Assembly (NCBI RefSeq): GCF_001194135.2
Contig: NC_069005.1
Span: 30,282,299-30,314,555 of the forward strand
From: Octopus bimaculoides
Lineage: Eukaryota
Length of the DNA: 32,257 nt
Direction of reading: 5' to 3'
Shown here: one piece after another, positions 11,606 to 25,030 of the stretch
Numbering within the stretch: position 1 is the first letter of the stretch
Layout of the letters: the number at the start of each line of letters is the position of its first letter
Program-made: the position numbers and the translations under genes
Notes under the pieces: generated by a model
The model's database searches: none
The model's input: only the letters and a program-made list of their open reading frames with translations
What the model was told of the DNA's origin: nothing

Positions 11606-11943
11606 TGTATTCCCTAAGTTTCTCTTTTAAATGTGTGAGTCTTAACTTTTTAATGTTGTCAAGTGACAGGGAATCACTCCTGGTCTATTTGCTACTTTAA
11701 GCCATCTTTTAATCAATCTATAACATAGACCATTATTTGATAAATCTAAATATTTCCAACTTTTAACCAGGGGGAAAAAAAAAAAAACTTAATTTCAGGA
11801 CAATTTATGTATTTTTGAGGGGAGGAGGAGGAAGGGACGGACTTTCATTTACAAATATATAGTTTGTATATCTCAACGTTGCGTATTTTAATAAAATTCT
11901 GTGGCTCATAGAGCATCACAAATTAAGGACAAATAAGATATAC

Positions 11944-11975
<32 letters not shown>

Positions 11976-12659
11976 AGAGAGAGAAAGGATTTATGATAAA
12001 GAAAGAAAAAGATCTTAATCCTTAAATTTCACTGTACCAAAGTTTAACTGGCATTATAATTTATTTTACTATCTATATATGGATATATATATTTAAATTT
12101 TATTTATTTATGGAATTGAAAATTAGTATGTATGTATATTGTTTTAATTATGAGAGCAGATTAAGAAGGGAGATAACCAACTTTCTACATTGCCTTATAT
12201 CAATACCAGAAGTAGAAAACACAAAAATCAACCTCCAAATACACAACGATAACAATCAAACGGGTATGTTTATTAGTATTCCTTCTAGTACTAAACACTG
12301 AAATCAAAAAATTAGAAACCAGTACATCTAAGAAATGACAAAACTGACCCCCTACTCTAGTTGTTGAATGAAGTTACTTCTAAGCATTCAGAGCCATTAA
12401 CAGAATTAATACTAAAAAGATGTAGCAACTGACAGTGTACCAGAGTGGATTTATATCCCTACCCGACCTGCAAGGACTAGAAGAGCTGTTAAACCACCAG
12501 TTTTAAATCTAGAATGCCATTTCTCTACTCTTATTCTTTAACAGAGTCACTGTAGTCAGAATTGTCTTTATATGGAGGCTGAGTTTTCCACACTTGGATA
12601 ATTCTGGAAATAGTTATGAGCTTTCTGGTTCTGGACAAATGTCTTCTGCTTTCATCCCA

Positions 12660-12865
12660 GACTAACCAAAACTTTATGAACTGGTTTGGTTAATGGAAAC
12701 TAAAAGGAGCCTGTCACGTGTGTGTGTCCTTGTCATCACATGGCATGACAGATATAAATGGACACCTTCATATTTCTATGAAAACATGTCCAGTCAGTGG
12801 GAAAATATTACTTTGCTTGGAAACAGGTGAGAGTTGGTGACAGGAAGGGCATCCAGCCATAAAAA
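12660..12865 (+). mobile_element. (GAT)n-tailed retroposon copy (5'/middle part)
   Basis: ACTTTGCTTGGAAACAGGTGAGAGTTGGTGACAGGAAGGGCATCCAGCCATAAAA. Confidence 0.65.
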
Positions 12866-14689
12866 ATTTGGTTCAACGGGCCCTCCTCAACCCTCAAAGA
12901 CTTAGTTTGCAGGCCACAGATGTCCAACATCTATCTGTAGACATGCCAGGGCACCTTGCCTATACTTATTGAGAACCATGAAGCAATTATGTGTAGTAGG
13001 TTTCTCTAGTCTTCAGAAAGATCTTTGGGGGGGGGGGGGTCAGATTTATCAATTAGATACTAACAACAGTAACAATAACCCTCTGCTGATTAAATAATAG
13101 CTTTCTCTCTTCATCATGCACTATTGTACAGGTTTCAGCCGATTAAAAAAGACCAAATGAAAATCTCCTTTACAGAATTCATTTCTATTACACTGTTATA
13201 ATGCTTATAAAATTTAAATTTCTGAAACACATCCATGCACTGTAAAATATGACTGACATCCACTTAATACCTGTCGATATACTTGCATGAAAATTACAAA
13301 GACCGGACCCCTTAAGTATGATAAAAAAAACGACAAGAGCAAAAACACTGAAATATAAATTAAAAGATGTAATAAAGAAGGACAAATGGCATCCCTAACA
13401 GCCTGACTAGTTGAAAGATAAACCTTGTTTAAGGAGCAGCAGGAATAAGGAGTTCTTCCATTAGGACAGAGGCTAAAATTTACAGCAGAGTGGCACTGAG
13501 ATTTTGATGTTCATGTGATGTGATGAGATCAGTGAACGGAAATCACTACAACTGGGAAAAGATGCCAGGAGCTCACCATAGATTTATGGTGCTCACACAC
13601 AAAAAAAAAAAAAAAAAAAAAAGCAGATAGAACTGTTAGTAATTAACTGGGTAGGATGTTGAGTGGACTGGATATGAAATGAAAACACCTGCAATTAACT
13701 CTTTGTCAACAGGACACTGCCATACCTTAAAAGTGAAGCTCAGTTGTTGTGCAACACTGGGAAGAAGGGTTATCATGTTTTTAAACAAGAAACTCCACAA
13801 ATGGAGCCACATGTATCCCTTGTCCATCTTCATGTACCCCTGTCCACCCAGCTGACACTGAATTGTGTTAATTCCTGACTATATTCTTAATTGTCATTCG
13901 TTAAAACAAAAAATGTAGCCAAGGTGTGTATGTACCTATCCCTTTCAAAATCCTGCATTAAAGAAAAAAAACAATAAAGGGGGTTTCACCCACCCCCATG
14001 TCAAGTGGTAATAATAAATTACTAGTAAATCTATCTTGTCTTCCCTGGCAGAAGGACACCAACAATTCACCCCTTTCATCTTTCAAGAGGGAACTACACC
14101 CCTATGCGGTTTCTAATGAAAACAGGAAGGTCACTTCACCTCCTGAAAAGACCTTGTTTACAGTCAGATTCTGGACAATTGTGGCCTGCAGATGCAGGGT
14201 ACCTCTGGTCTGGCTTATTGTGGTCCTTCACACTGTCTAAAGGTGAAAACTTGATCTCTTAGATTGACTCAAAACCACAAATATTTTTAGACAAGGCCAT
14301 AACTGATAGGATTTATTCTTACCCAGGGGAAGATAGGGCCATAGATGATTGAAAGAGAAGCAGATAACAGGGATATAAAGTGTTTGAATTAACCCTAAGA
14401 TTGGAATAGCTGTAGTTACATTGTGAGAACAGAAGAACTCAATAAGGGTTAAACTTAGCAAATAGAAATGTTTTTGTATTTGTGTATTTGGTTTTTGTTG
14501 TGTTTTGGTTTTGTTACTAAGGTTTGTACAAGAAGGAATTCTATAGAAGAGTGTGATGTTCCAAGGGGGCCGATAACAGGATCAAGGGCAGGGGGACAAA
14601 TGATGAGCAGACACAGAAATATTGTATTTCGATAAGCCTTTCTCTTAGGAAGATGGGGGAGTTGTAAAGATTGAAATGAGACAAACTGC

Positions 14690-15058
14690 CATCTTTTATC
14701 TTTTACTTGTTTCAGTCAATTGGACTGTGGCCATGCTGGGGGCACTGCCGTGAAGAGTTTAGTTGAAGAAATTGATGGTACTTCATCTATCGGTCTCTTT
14801 TGCCGAACTAAGCTGCGAAGATGTAAACAAACCAACACCAGCTATCAAACAATGGTTTGTGGGTGGGCATAAACATTAGCTATACATACACACACATGCA
14901 GTAGGCTTCCACACAGTTTCTGTCTATCATATTCACTCAAAAGGTGTTGGTCAGCCATGGTCTTCAGTAGAAGACCTTTGCCCAAGGTGCCATGCAGTAG
15001 GACTGAACCAGAAACCATGTGGTTGCAAAGTAATCTCTTAACCACAGAGTCATACCTT
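14690..15058 (-). mobile_element. tRNA-headed SINE-like element
   Basis: Minus-strand head CTCTGTGGTTAAGAG..GGTTCAGTCC..GGCACCTTGGGCAAAGGTCTTCTAC; + strand tail region ATCTTTTACTTGTTTCAGTCA..GGACTGTGGCCATGCTGGGGGCAC. Confidence 0.65.
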
Positions 15059-15482
15059 CACCACGTTTAATAATATTTTCAACATGGTTTCCAATTGTTT
15101 AATCTTGTCAAACATCTTCGAATAAGAAGTCATATATGGAAGCAAAATCTCTCACCATCTCATTATTTAAGACCGGCGACAGCTACCCCAAAATTTCATT
15201 AATATTTATCCTCTCATAGCACTGGTAGTGGAGGGTGGCCTTGGATTTGTCAGTTTAAGAACTGTAGTCCTAAATCTTTTATACAGAGTTCTGCTTACAT
15301 GAGACAAAATGGAGAACATCTAACTTATGGTCACACAAAACAAATGCACATGTCTATGTATATTATATATACGTACTGACCGACTGACGTATTACCACAT
15401 AAAAGAGAGAGAAGACTAGGAATTTGATGAAACAATTGTAACATATTTTGATATAAAAAACATCTTTTACATATATACATTA

Positions 15483-15625
15483 TCTTCATCATTAAATGTC
15501 TTTTTTTCCATGTTGGCATGGGTTGGATGGTTCGACAGGCACCAAGGAGCCAAAATGGCTGTGCCAAGCTCCAATGTCTGCTTTGACATGGTTTCTGGTC
15601 AGATGCCCTTCCTAATGCCAACTAC
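15483..15625 (-). mobile_element. (GAT)n-tailed retroposon copy
   Basis: TTCCATGTTGGCATGGGTTGGATGG..GATGCCCTTCCTAATGCCAAC. Confidence 0.75.
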
Positions 15626-17094
15626 TAATAGTAAGGTTACCAAGAGCTTGCAACCTACCCAGTCTTCAAATAAACAGGATTACTGTTAGAGGTTCAATTC
15701 CTGAACAGACCGGCATGTTGTGTTCTTGAACAAAATAGGTTCCATGCTGTTCCAGTCTACTTAGCTGTAAAGGAGTACCACACTAATGCTGGTGTAACCT
15801 CTTCTCTCTCTAGACATTACATCCTTCATGTTCTACTGCTGTGACTTACAAAGGCACCTTAAACACTTAGCTACCTGGTCGTATTCGGAAGCAAGTGACA
15901 ACTCTGCTAAACTTTTCGACCCTACATCGTGCGAGTTGACCCCTAATTTCAATACGAAATTGTTCAGTAGTAAGGTAGTTGTCAGAGATTCAAAAGGGGG
16001 ATGAAGGAAGCATGGTATGAAGAAAATAGTTGGAACAATGAATGAATGACCAAGAAAGAATCAGACAAGCAGGACTGAAAGACTAAGATGGGAGGAACTA
16101 GTGAGAAGAGAGGGGGAGAAGGAGGAGGAGGATGACAACTATGATAACCGAATGAAAGCAAGGGGGGAGGGGGGAGATAGGAGGGCTGAACAAAGGCGAA
16201 AGGGAGGGAAAGGCAAAAGGTTTGCATGAAGGAGAGCGAAGAGCGAATGAATGCACAAGTGAACTAATGAATGACTAAACAAATGAGTGATGAAGAAAAA
16301 GTGAAATGACATGAATCTGATTATTTTCGGTTTTTTTTATCCATGTTTGTTTAGGTTTTTTTTTTTTGTTAAATAAATTTGAAGTTGTTAATTATTCAAT
16401 GACCTAGTTGCCATTACAAAGACAGACGGGACCAAGGAAAAACAAAACCACTAGGAAAGACATAAGATGCATGCAAGTAATTAAAAATAAATGAAGGAAA
16501 TTAAAAAAAAAAAAAGATAAGAAAATAAAACACACACACACCGTTTCAAAATGCTAAAAAAAAATTTTTTTTAAATACTTAACGGAAAGAAAGAATTTGA
16601 AAAAGAAAATGGTTAAAAGTTGCGTGCAGTTGTTAGAAGCACTTGAAATGAAAAATTAATAATCGAGAATTTAAGTGAAATTATTTAGGAAATATATTTG
16701 TCCAGTTTTAAATTGGAGGTGTTAATTAATGATTATTTGTCTGTTCTTAAGTTTTATCTTATTTTGGAAGGAGAAGAGAAACTTTTGGTACAGTGCTAGG
16801 TAAGGAGAGAGAGTGAGAAAAAGAGAGAATTAGATATATATATATTTAGAGAGAGAGAGAGAAAGAGATAATGGGATGCACAGAGAAGTACTTTTAAAAC
16901 ATGTTTCAACTGATCAAAATTTAAGCTAAATTTGTTTAGGACCTTCCATTTTATTTTCCACATTTACCTCCCTTTTGTTTACAAACAACAACATTAACAA
17001 CAAAACAAATGAGAGGGAAATATATAAAAAGATAAATAAATGGAAAGTAATAATAATAATAATATGTTCGCTAACACTGACATTAAACCCATGC

Positions 17095-17270
17095 ATTTGG
17101 TGAGGAGGGTACAGCATAGTTGAAAGTAAAAATGTCCCCCAGCATATGACTGGTTCATTATTTTATCAACCTCAAAAAGACAAAGTTGAGCTTTGCAGGA
17201 TTTGAGCAAAGACCAGAAAGGTCACAATGGAATGCGCCAAGGAACAGTCTATTGCTCCACCGATTCTGCT
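17095..17270 (-). mobile_element. SINE family 1 copy (degenerate)
   Basis: CCCCAGCATATGACTGGT..TTTTATCAACC..ACAAAGTTGA..GGATTTGA. Confidence 0.6.
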
Positions 17271-17719
17271 AATATGTGCCCCACTACTCATTTTGTCATC
17301 ATTGGCACAGGACCCCACAGTATTCAGAAGGAACACAGTCATTATCATCCATTCAACTCCCTTCATCACTTACTGTACTTGGAAGGGTCAGTGGGAGTAG
17401 AATCCCCAGGCACCTCACCTGTTGGGCCCTACCCGAAGCGACTGTCAATACACTTTCTGGCTGGCCTCCCCAAATGTGATCAACTGAGACTATGGACTTC
17501 GTTCTTGGTCTACTCCATGGTCTCCAGTTAGCTCAGCTTAAAAAAAAATTTGTGGTACTCGCATTGCGGTGACCTCTCAACGCTGAGAAGTGGAGGTTCA
17601 ATCTGGGAGATCTCAGAGCTATGAACCCTGCAGGGGTCTTTTAGTGGACCCCCATTTTGGCCACTTGTATTCACAATCAATACCCAACAGTTATCATTAT
17701 CATTCTTCAAAGACTATGT

Positions 17720-18245
17720 CTCTATTGCTTTATCATAAAATCAGCTTTGGTTGAATGTGAACTTAAACTGTAAAAAGGGACGTAGCTTAATGCCATATAG
17801 AATTTGGCCCACAGCTCTACCAAAACCTGCCAAATTATGATACTTACAATATCTTTGTAAGATAGACAGATAGAAAGCCACGCAGTTTGGTGGTGGTGAG
17901 GTGAAGAGAGTCGGTGGGGAAGTGCATGGTCAGTCATACCTGGCACTCCAGTTACAACATGAATTTCAGGTGATCTGATCAACAGAACAGCCTGTTTGTG
18001 AAATTAATGTGCAAGTGGCTGAGCACTCCACAGACATGTGTAACCCTTCTCGGAGATATTCAGCATGACACAGAATGAGACAAGGTTGGCCTTTTTGAAA
18101 TACAGCTATTTATTTATTTTAGCAAGCTGAGTTAACTGGAGCCGAATGTCTTGCTCAAGGACGCAGTGTCCCTCTGGGAACTGAAATCACAACCTTGCGA
18201 TCACGAACCAAACACTCAAACCACTGATCCATGTGCCTTCACCGT
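17720..18245 (-). mobile_element. tRNA-headed SINE-like element(s)
   Basis: Head similar to family 2 (CTTGCTCAAGGAC..AATCACAACCTTGCGATC..AAACCACT on +), with associated interspersed-repeat body. Boundaries are approximate. Confidence 0.5.
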
Positions 18246-18384
18246 AGTCTATCATACTGATTTTAGGGCTACCCTAGTACTTTTTTTTAAGTGACCCCCT
18301 AATAACTTCATTTTAAGAATATACAAAAAAAAAAGAACAAAAATCAGTATCTGCAGAGTTAAAATTAGTTGTAATAGGAGGAGG

Positions 18385-19060
18385 GAGATATGTGTGTGTT
18401 TGTGCATGTGTGTATGTATGTGTATATATACACATATATATACATATATACACACATATATACATAGATAGACCCAGCAACGTTGAGATATGCATGCAAG
18501 ATTGGGAGTTCCAAATAAGAACAGAGTTTAGAAGACGAAACGAGAAGGGGCCAAAAGGGGGGAGAGACTATCGAAGGAATACACACATATACATACATAT
18601 ATGTATGTATATATATATATATATATATATACTTTGTGTAAATATATATAGATAAATAGATAGGAGTTATAACAAGTAGGTGGGGAGCGAGGGGTAACAG
18701 TGGAGGTGTGAATAACAGCAAAGGATAAGTGAAGACTCACACGTTTTAAAAAAGAACGAAAAGTAAGAACAGCACTATATTTCTACAGAAACGAAGGGTT
18801 AAAAAACGAAGTTGTACATATTCATATCTATACATACATATATATATATACATATATATACACACACGTGTGGGATTTCCATCATGGCTGCGTGCGTGTG
18901 TGTGTGTGTGTGCTTGCATACACACACATATATATATACATATATATATATGTATGTATGTCTATGTATGTATGTACATTATATTTTTTGTGTGTACGCA
19001 TTTATACATGTGAGTGTGTGTATATATATAGACATATGTATATATGTATGTATATATAAA
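18385..19060. repeat. Compound TA/TG/CA microsatellite field
   Basis: Interspersed (TA)n, (TG)n and (TATG)n tracts; these are the source of the YI/CV-rich spurious ORFs. Confidence 0.85.
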
Positions 19061-19743
19061 GGAAACAAGAGAAATAAAAAAAGATTAAGAGGTAAAAAAC
19101 AACAACAAACTCAAGTAAAACCACAAACTATGGACACCATGCATTGTTTTTGGTTCAGAAGAAATTTAATTAAAAAACGTTTTTTTTTCTTTTTTTCCAT
19201 CTTTTTTTCTTTCATATATATTTTTTTTTCTTTCAAGTTTCATATTGTTTGTTATTATTATTATTATCATCATTATTATTTTTTGTTTGTTTGTTATTTT
19301 TTTTTGGTCTCTATATTCAACTGTACAGCACTTTCATTCAAGAATGAAATACTTTGTAGATATATATATATATGTTTTTTTTTTTTGCTTTGCTTAATTT
19401 TTTTTTTAAATTAAATTTGTGTGTATGTATGTATGTATGTATGTATGTATGTGTGAGCATGTAATGTATGTGTGAGCATGTAATGTATGTGTATGTGTGT
19501 GTTGGTTTGTTGAACAAGTGGAAGGTGAAAGAGGAAGAGTAAAACAACAAGTTTCATATAGAAGGGATTTAACAAGAAAAAAAAAAGGAGGGGGGGCAGG
19601 TGATGTACATTGATAACGGGGTGGGGGAAGACGAGAGAGAAGCAGGTGAAAACAATTACAGAAAGGTTAAAAATAAAGTTAATGAATGAGTTTGAACGTA
19701 GGCATGAGGACTCAATTGTTTCTTTTTGTAATTTTGGGAGGGT

Positions 19744-20363
19744 NNNNNNNNNNNNNNNNNNNNNNNNNNNNNNNNNNNNNNNNNNNNNNNNNNNNNNNNN
19801 NNNNNNNNNNNNNNNNNNNNNNNNNNNNNNNNNNNNNNNNNNNNNNNNNNNNNNNNNNNNNNNNNNNNNNNNNNNNNNNNNNNNNNNNNNNNNNNNNNNN
19901 NNNNNNNNNNNNNNNNNNNNNNNNNNNNNNNNNNNNNNNNNNNNNNNNNNNNNNNNNNNNNNNNNNNNNNNNNNNNNNNNNNNNNNNNNNNNNNNNNNNN
20001 NNNNNNNNNNNNNNNNNNNNNNNNNNNNNNNNNNNNNNNNNNNNNNNNNNNNNNNNNNNNNNNNNNNNNNNNNNNNNNNNNNNNNNNNNNNNNNNNNNNN
20101 NNNNNNNNNNNNNNNNNNNNNNNNNNNNNNNNNNNNNNNNNNNNNNNNNNNNNNNNNNNNNNNNNNNNNNNNNNNNNNNNNNNNNNNNNNNNNNNNNNNN
20201 NNNNNNNNNNNNNNNNNNNNNNNNNNNNNNNNNNNNNNNNNNNNNNNNNNNNNNNNNNNNNNNNNNNNNNNNNNNNNNNNNNNNNNNNNNNNNNNNNNNN
20301 NNNNNNNNNNNNNNNNNNNNNNNNNNNNNNNNNNNNNNNNNNNNNNNNNNNNNNNNNNNNNNN
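19744..20363. other. Assembly gap (N run)
   Basis: N bases. Confidence 1.
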
Positions 20364-20365
20364 TT

Positions 20366-21573
20366 TGTCCAGAGTACTAAAGATTCTGCTAGTTCACCGC
20401 CGTAATAATAATAATAATAATAATGTTTCTGATTTAAGCACAAAACCAGCAATTGTGAAGGTTGGGCAGTTAGTCGACCCATGGTACTCAACTGGTACGT
20501 TACTTTATCGATCCTACAAGGACGCAAAGTAATGTTGACCCCCCAAAACTTAAGGAGTTAGTACAAATACTGCAAAGTACCTTTTTTTCTTCTTTTACCA
20601 ACACTGATGATTCTACCATTAATATAGGCAACAAGGCCTGAAATTTTAGGGCGGAGAACAGTCGATTTGATCACTCGCCCCAGTTCTAGACCATTAATTG
20701 ATACCTTTCCTCCAAGAGGACGAAGAGATTTGAACTCAGAATAGAACCAAATGGAACAAGGCATTTGGTTATCCATTGCTGCACTGATTCCGACATCCAC
20801 TACCCTCATCCTTATAATAATAATAATTGTAGACACAACAAAGGCAGAAGGCCAACACATTTGTTTATAATATTGTTTACTACCAGTATTTGTTTTATTA
20901 ATAATACCCCCTGGAGGGGAATGGAAAGTGAAGTGTACTTCCATAGGAATTGAACATGGAACATAAAGGACATAACCAAATGCTACCAGGCATTTAGTTC
21001 AGTGCCTTAACCATTTTCTGCTACTCCACTGCCTAATAATAATAATAATAATAACAACAATAATAATAATATTGATGATAATAACAATGATAGTTGTTTC
21101 TAATTTTGGCACAAGGCCAGCAAATTTAAGGGAAGGGCATCAGTTGATTAAATCAACCCCAGTACATGACTGGTACTTTGTTCTATCAACCCTGAAAGGA
21201 TGAAAGGCAAAGTTGACCTTGGCGGGATTTGAACTCAGAACCTAAAGAGCCAGAACAAATAATGCAAAGTATTTTTTTTCCCCAATGCTCTAACAATTCT
21301 GCCAATCCAGTCACCATTTAACAATAGTTATAATAATAATCCTAGTAATAATAATAATAGTTTCAAATTTTGGCACGAGGCCAGCAATTTGGGGGCGGGG
21401 TGAGGTAAGTCGATTACATTGATCCCAGTGCACGACTGGTATTTATTTTATCGACTCCAAAAGGATGAAAGGCAAAGTTAACCGTAGCAGAATTTGAACT
21501 CAGAACATGAAGACGGACGAAATGCCGCCAAGCATTTTGCCCAGCATGCTAATGATTCTGCCAGCTCACTGCC
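20366..21573 (-). mobile_element. Tandem cluster of ~6 SINE family 1 (and related) copies separated by (AAT)n
   Basis: Copies or fragments at ~20366-20402, 20425-20582, 20625-20790, 20945-21033, 21097-21315 and 21359-21573. The last is well preserved, with A box TGGCAGAATC and B box GAGTTCAAATTC on the minus strand. Confidence 0.85.
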
Positions 21574-21575
21574 TC

Positions 21576-21615
<40 letters not shown>

Positions 21616-21949
21616 GTATCTTTAATATCAACAACAACAACGATGGGTATGATTTAATAATGATGATAATACTAATTAATAATGTCAAAGTAATTACAAT
21701 GTTGAAATATAATGAAAAAAAACAAACAAACTAATCCAGACGAGAACTATGCAACACACACACACACACACACACATGCACGCACACATTAACACACTGG
21801 CATACATAAACACACACATACACACATTTAAACAACTGTAAAGAAGAGTATAAAGAGGATGGAAGAAAGAGAGAGGTTGAAGTGAACACACTTTAGAATG
21901 TTAACCAGAAGTGCATGGGTTCAATTTCTACCAGTATCCCTTCTATTCA

Positions 21950-22150
21950 TCCATTTACTTAAATTCGCAATTTATGTGCATGTATGTATACATATGCACG
22001 TATAAATATACATATGTATACGTATACACATGCATATATAGATATATGTATATATATATATGCATGTATACATATATAAATATATGCGTGTATGCCTGTA
22101 CAAACGTATATATCTGTATGTATGTATGTATATACATGCATACGTCTTAT
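21950..22150. repeat. Degenerate (TA)/(TATG) low-complexity tract
   Basis: Direct reading. Confidence 0.85.
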
Positions 22151-22418
22151 GTGTGCGTAAATTTAATGAAGATAAGAGGAAGGAGTGGGAGTGAGGAGAG
22201 AGAGTGGGAAGAGGGATGGGCAGGCACCAACAGGAGCCAATATAAGGAATGACAAAGAGAGAGGGAGAAAGTAAGGACGAGAGAGAGAGAGAGAGAAATA
22301 GAGAGACAGTAGGAAATGGTATTAGTGGCAATGATGGTGAAGAATGTCAAATTTAATTGTCCTATTGTTAAACAGTCAAGAAATTTTGAACCAAAAAAAA
22401 AAAAAAAAAAAAAAAAAA

Positions 22419-23007
22419 NNNNNNNNNNNNNNNNNNNNNNNNNNNNNNNNNNNNNNNNNNNNNNNNNNNNNNNNNNNNNNNNNNNNNNNNNNNNNNNNNN
22501 NNNNNNNNNNNNNNNNNNNNNNNNNNNNNNNNNNNNNNNNNNNNNNNNNNNNNNNNNNNNNNNNNNNNNNNNNNNNNNNNNNNNNNNNNNNNNNNNNNNN
22601 NNNNNNNNNNNNNNNNNNNNNNNNNNNNNNNNNNNNNNNNNNNNNNNNNNNNNNNNNNNNNNNNNNNNNNNNNNNNNNNNNNNNNNNNNNNNNNNNNNNN
22701 NNNNNNNNNNNNNNNNNNNNNNNNNNNNNNNNNNNNNNNNNNNNNNNNNNNNNNNNNNNNNNNNNNNNNNNNNNNNNNNNNNNNNNNNNNNNNNNNNNNN
22801 NNNNNNNNNNNNNNNNNNNNNNNNNNNNNNNNNNNNNNNNNNNNNNNNNNNNNNNNNNNNNNNNNNNNNNNNNNNNNNNNNNNNNNNNNNNNNNNNNNNN
22901 NNNNNNNNNNNNNNNNNNNNNNNNNNNNNNNNNNNNNNNNNNNNNNNNNNNNNNNNNNNNNNNNNNNNNNNNNNNNNNNNNNNNNNNNNNNNNNNNNNNN
23001 NNNNNNN
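22419..23007. other. Assembly gap (N run)
   Basis: N bases. Confidence 1.
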
Positions 23008-23804
23008 GTTGGATTCCTGATCATTGGATCATGGGTTTGATTCTCAGGCTGGGTGGTACATTGTGTTCTGAAGCAAGGGGCTTCATTAAAACCACTTCAT
23101 ATATTTTTTATTTTAAAATTTAGTGTGTTTTTTTTTTTATATTTCAGTTTATTTGTAGTAAACACATGCTAAGCTACATATATGTGTGTGTGTGTGTGTT
23201 ATGCAATTTATTGTTCCCATATTTAACGATAATTAAAAAAAATAACAGATTAAAGTGAAAGAAAGGAAAACTAATAATAATAATAATCCGAAATGACAGT
23301 TAAAATTGGAATGACACCATTGTAGATATATATAACCTAACGTAAAAGCTCAAAAATTGGATAAGAAATGAAGGCGGGATGGGATGGGGAGAGGGTGAGA
23401 GAAAGCGGGGTTGTTTGGAATTTGATGCTGAGGTATCAAGCAAGCTAGAATAAATAAGCTGATTTAAAAATATGCAGAGCTGCTGTGAATATTCTTATCC
23501 TTTACCTCTGATATTCTGTTGATTAGGCTGATTTGGGGATTCACTGAATATTCGGAATTTTTTCAATAATCCCTAACAAATCATTGAGTAAAAAAATCTA
23601 GAAATTCACTCATCGGCCTCAATTAAACAACAGCTGATTACCTGGTTGCTCTACATATTTTCCAGTTGTTAATAACTAATTTATAAATTCCTTAAAAGGA
23701 GTCCAAAGAATCATTCTAGATTTCAGCCATCAAAGGAAGAGTACATAATGCCTGTACTCTGTTCTATGACTTGTCAGTTAGTTAAGGGAGGAGAAATTAA
23801 TAAG

Positions 23805-24125
23805 AGTCCTTGGCAGGATTTGAACTCAGAACATGAAGAGCCAGAAGAAATACAATAGATTTTCTCCTTGATCTAACAATTCTGTTAGCTCACTGCCTTT
23901 CTAATGATAATAATAATAATAATAATGGTTTCAAATTTTGCTGCAAGGGCAGCCATTGTAGGGGATGTGTTGATTACACTGACCCCAGGGTCCAACTCGT
24001 ACTTATTTTATTGACCCCAAAAGGATGAAAAGGCAAAAACCAACCTTGGTAGAATTTGAACTCAGAATGTTAAGATGGAAGAAATGCTGCTAAGCATTTA
24101 GCCTGATGTGCTAACGATTGCCTTA
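23805..24125 (-). mobile_element. Two tandem SINE family 1 copies (head fragment plus full copy)
   Basis: GGATTTGAACTCAGAAC at ~23815, an (AAT)n spacer, then GGTTTCAAATTTTG...GAATTTGAACTCAGAATG. Confidence 0.8.
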
Positions 24126-24131
24126 CTGATG

Positions 24132-24170
<39 letters not shown>

Positions 24171-24419
24171 GAGAGAGATAAAAGGGAGGATAAGAAGAGA
24201 AGTAGCAAGAAGGAAGGAAAAAAAGCAGGTGATAGTGCTGATTGACCAATGGTGGAAAAGCAGCCTATGGTACAGTTGGGTAGAAGGTGGAGCTGTGATG
24301 CCAATAATGCTGGGGGACAAGAACTTTGTACAAAGAGTTTTTTCAAAACCATTTGCAGTTCCATAGTTGCAGTAATAGTAGTAGCAGAGGAGAATCAATG
24401 AGAAAAATTTCTATTCAGA

Positions 24420-25030
24420 AGGGTTGGGGTGGGGAGAGAGACAGGGAAAGGGACAATTACGTTGACCTCAGAAGAATAATTAAAGTCCAAGACAAAGTCG
24501 ATCTGACTGATGCGATTTGAACCTAAAATGACATAACTAAATGTTGCAAGGCGTATTTTCCCCCAGTGCTCTACCAACTGTGCCAACCCACTGCCTTTCT
24601 TTTATTTAAATAATAGATGCCTTGAGTAGCTAGACAAGAATTTTAATTTTAAAAAAACAAAACAAAAAACCCCTCAAAAGGTCATCATTGATATTGGGTA
24701 TGGTTTGAACCCATGACCTCGCAGCAATGGTAAGATACCCAACAGGTAACCCATGAAGTCAACCATTGTACTTCATGTTAAGGTATAACATACGAAGTGT
24801 GGGGAAGTTGATTGAATTGACCCCCAACTTAAAACCAGGCTGCTACTTATTTCATTGACCCCTGTAAAAGGATGAAGGACAAAGTGAAACCCAATGAGAT
24901 TATGAACTTCGAACCCCTTATAACTGACTAAAATATCACAATGCATTTTTTTTGTGTAGTCCTCTACTGATTCCATCATCCACCTCACCCTTTGGCACAA
25001 GGCCTTAATTTTGTATGAGAAGGGTGGAGC
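24420..25030 (-). mobile_element. Degenerate SINE family 1 copies (24420-24598, 24795-24980, 24990-25030)
   Basis: Repeated ACAAAGTCGA..GATTTGAAC, TTCATTGACCCC..AAAGGATGAAGGACAAAGT and TTGGCACAAGGCC motifs. Confidence 0.65.

Noticed and set aside
14390-14452. TTAACCCT...AAGGGTTAA mini piggyBac-like element
   Set aside because: The inverted match is only ~4-5 bp beyond TTAA and could be chance.
16921-16990. Possible short SERCA tails (A*, GR*, GKCGK*) or the peptide EVNVENKMEGPKQI*
   Set aside because: The acceptors lack an adjacent pyrimidine tract, and the longer peptide is not in phase with the donor.
18252-19550. Many YI/CV/HT-rich ORFs
   Set aside because: Translations of dinucleotide repeats.
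19610-20527. ORFs of 239-271 aa
   Set aside because: Artefacts of the N gap.
22316-23123. ORFs of 218-259 aa
   Set aside because: Artefacts of the poly-A run and N gap.
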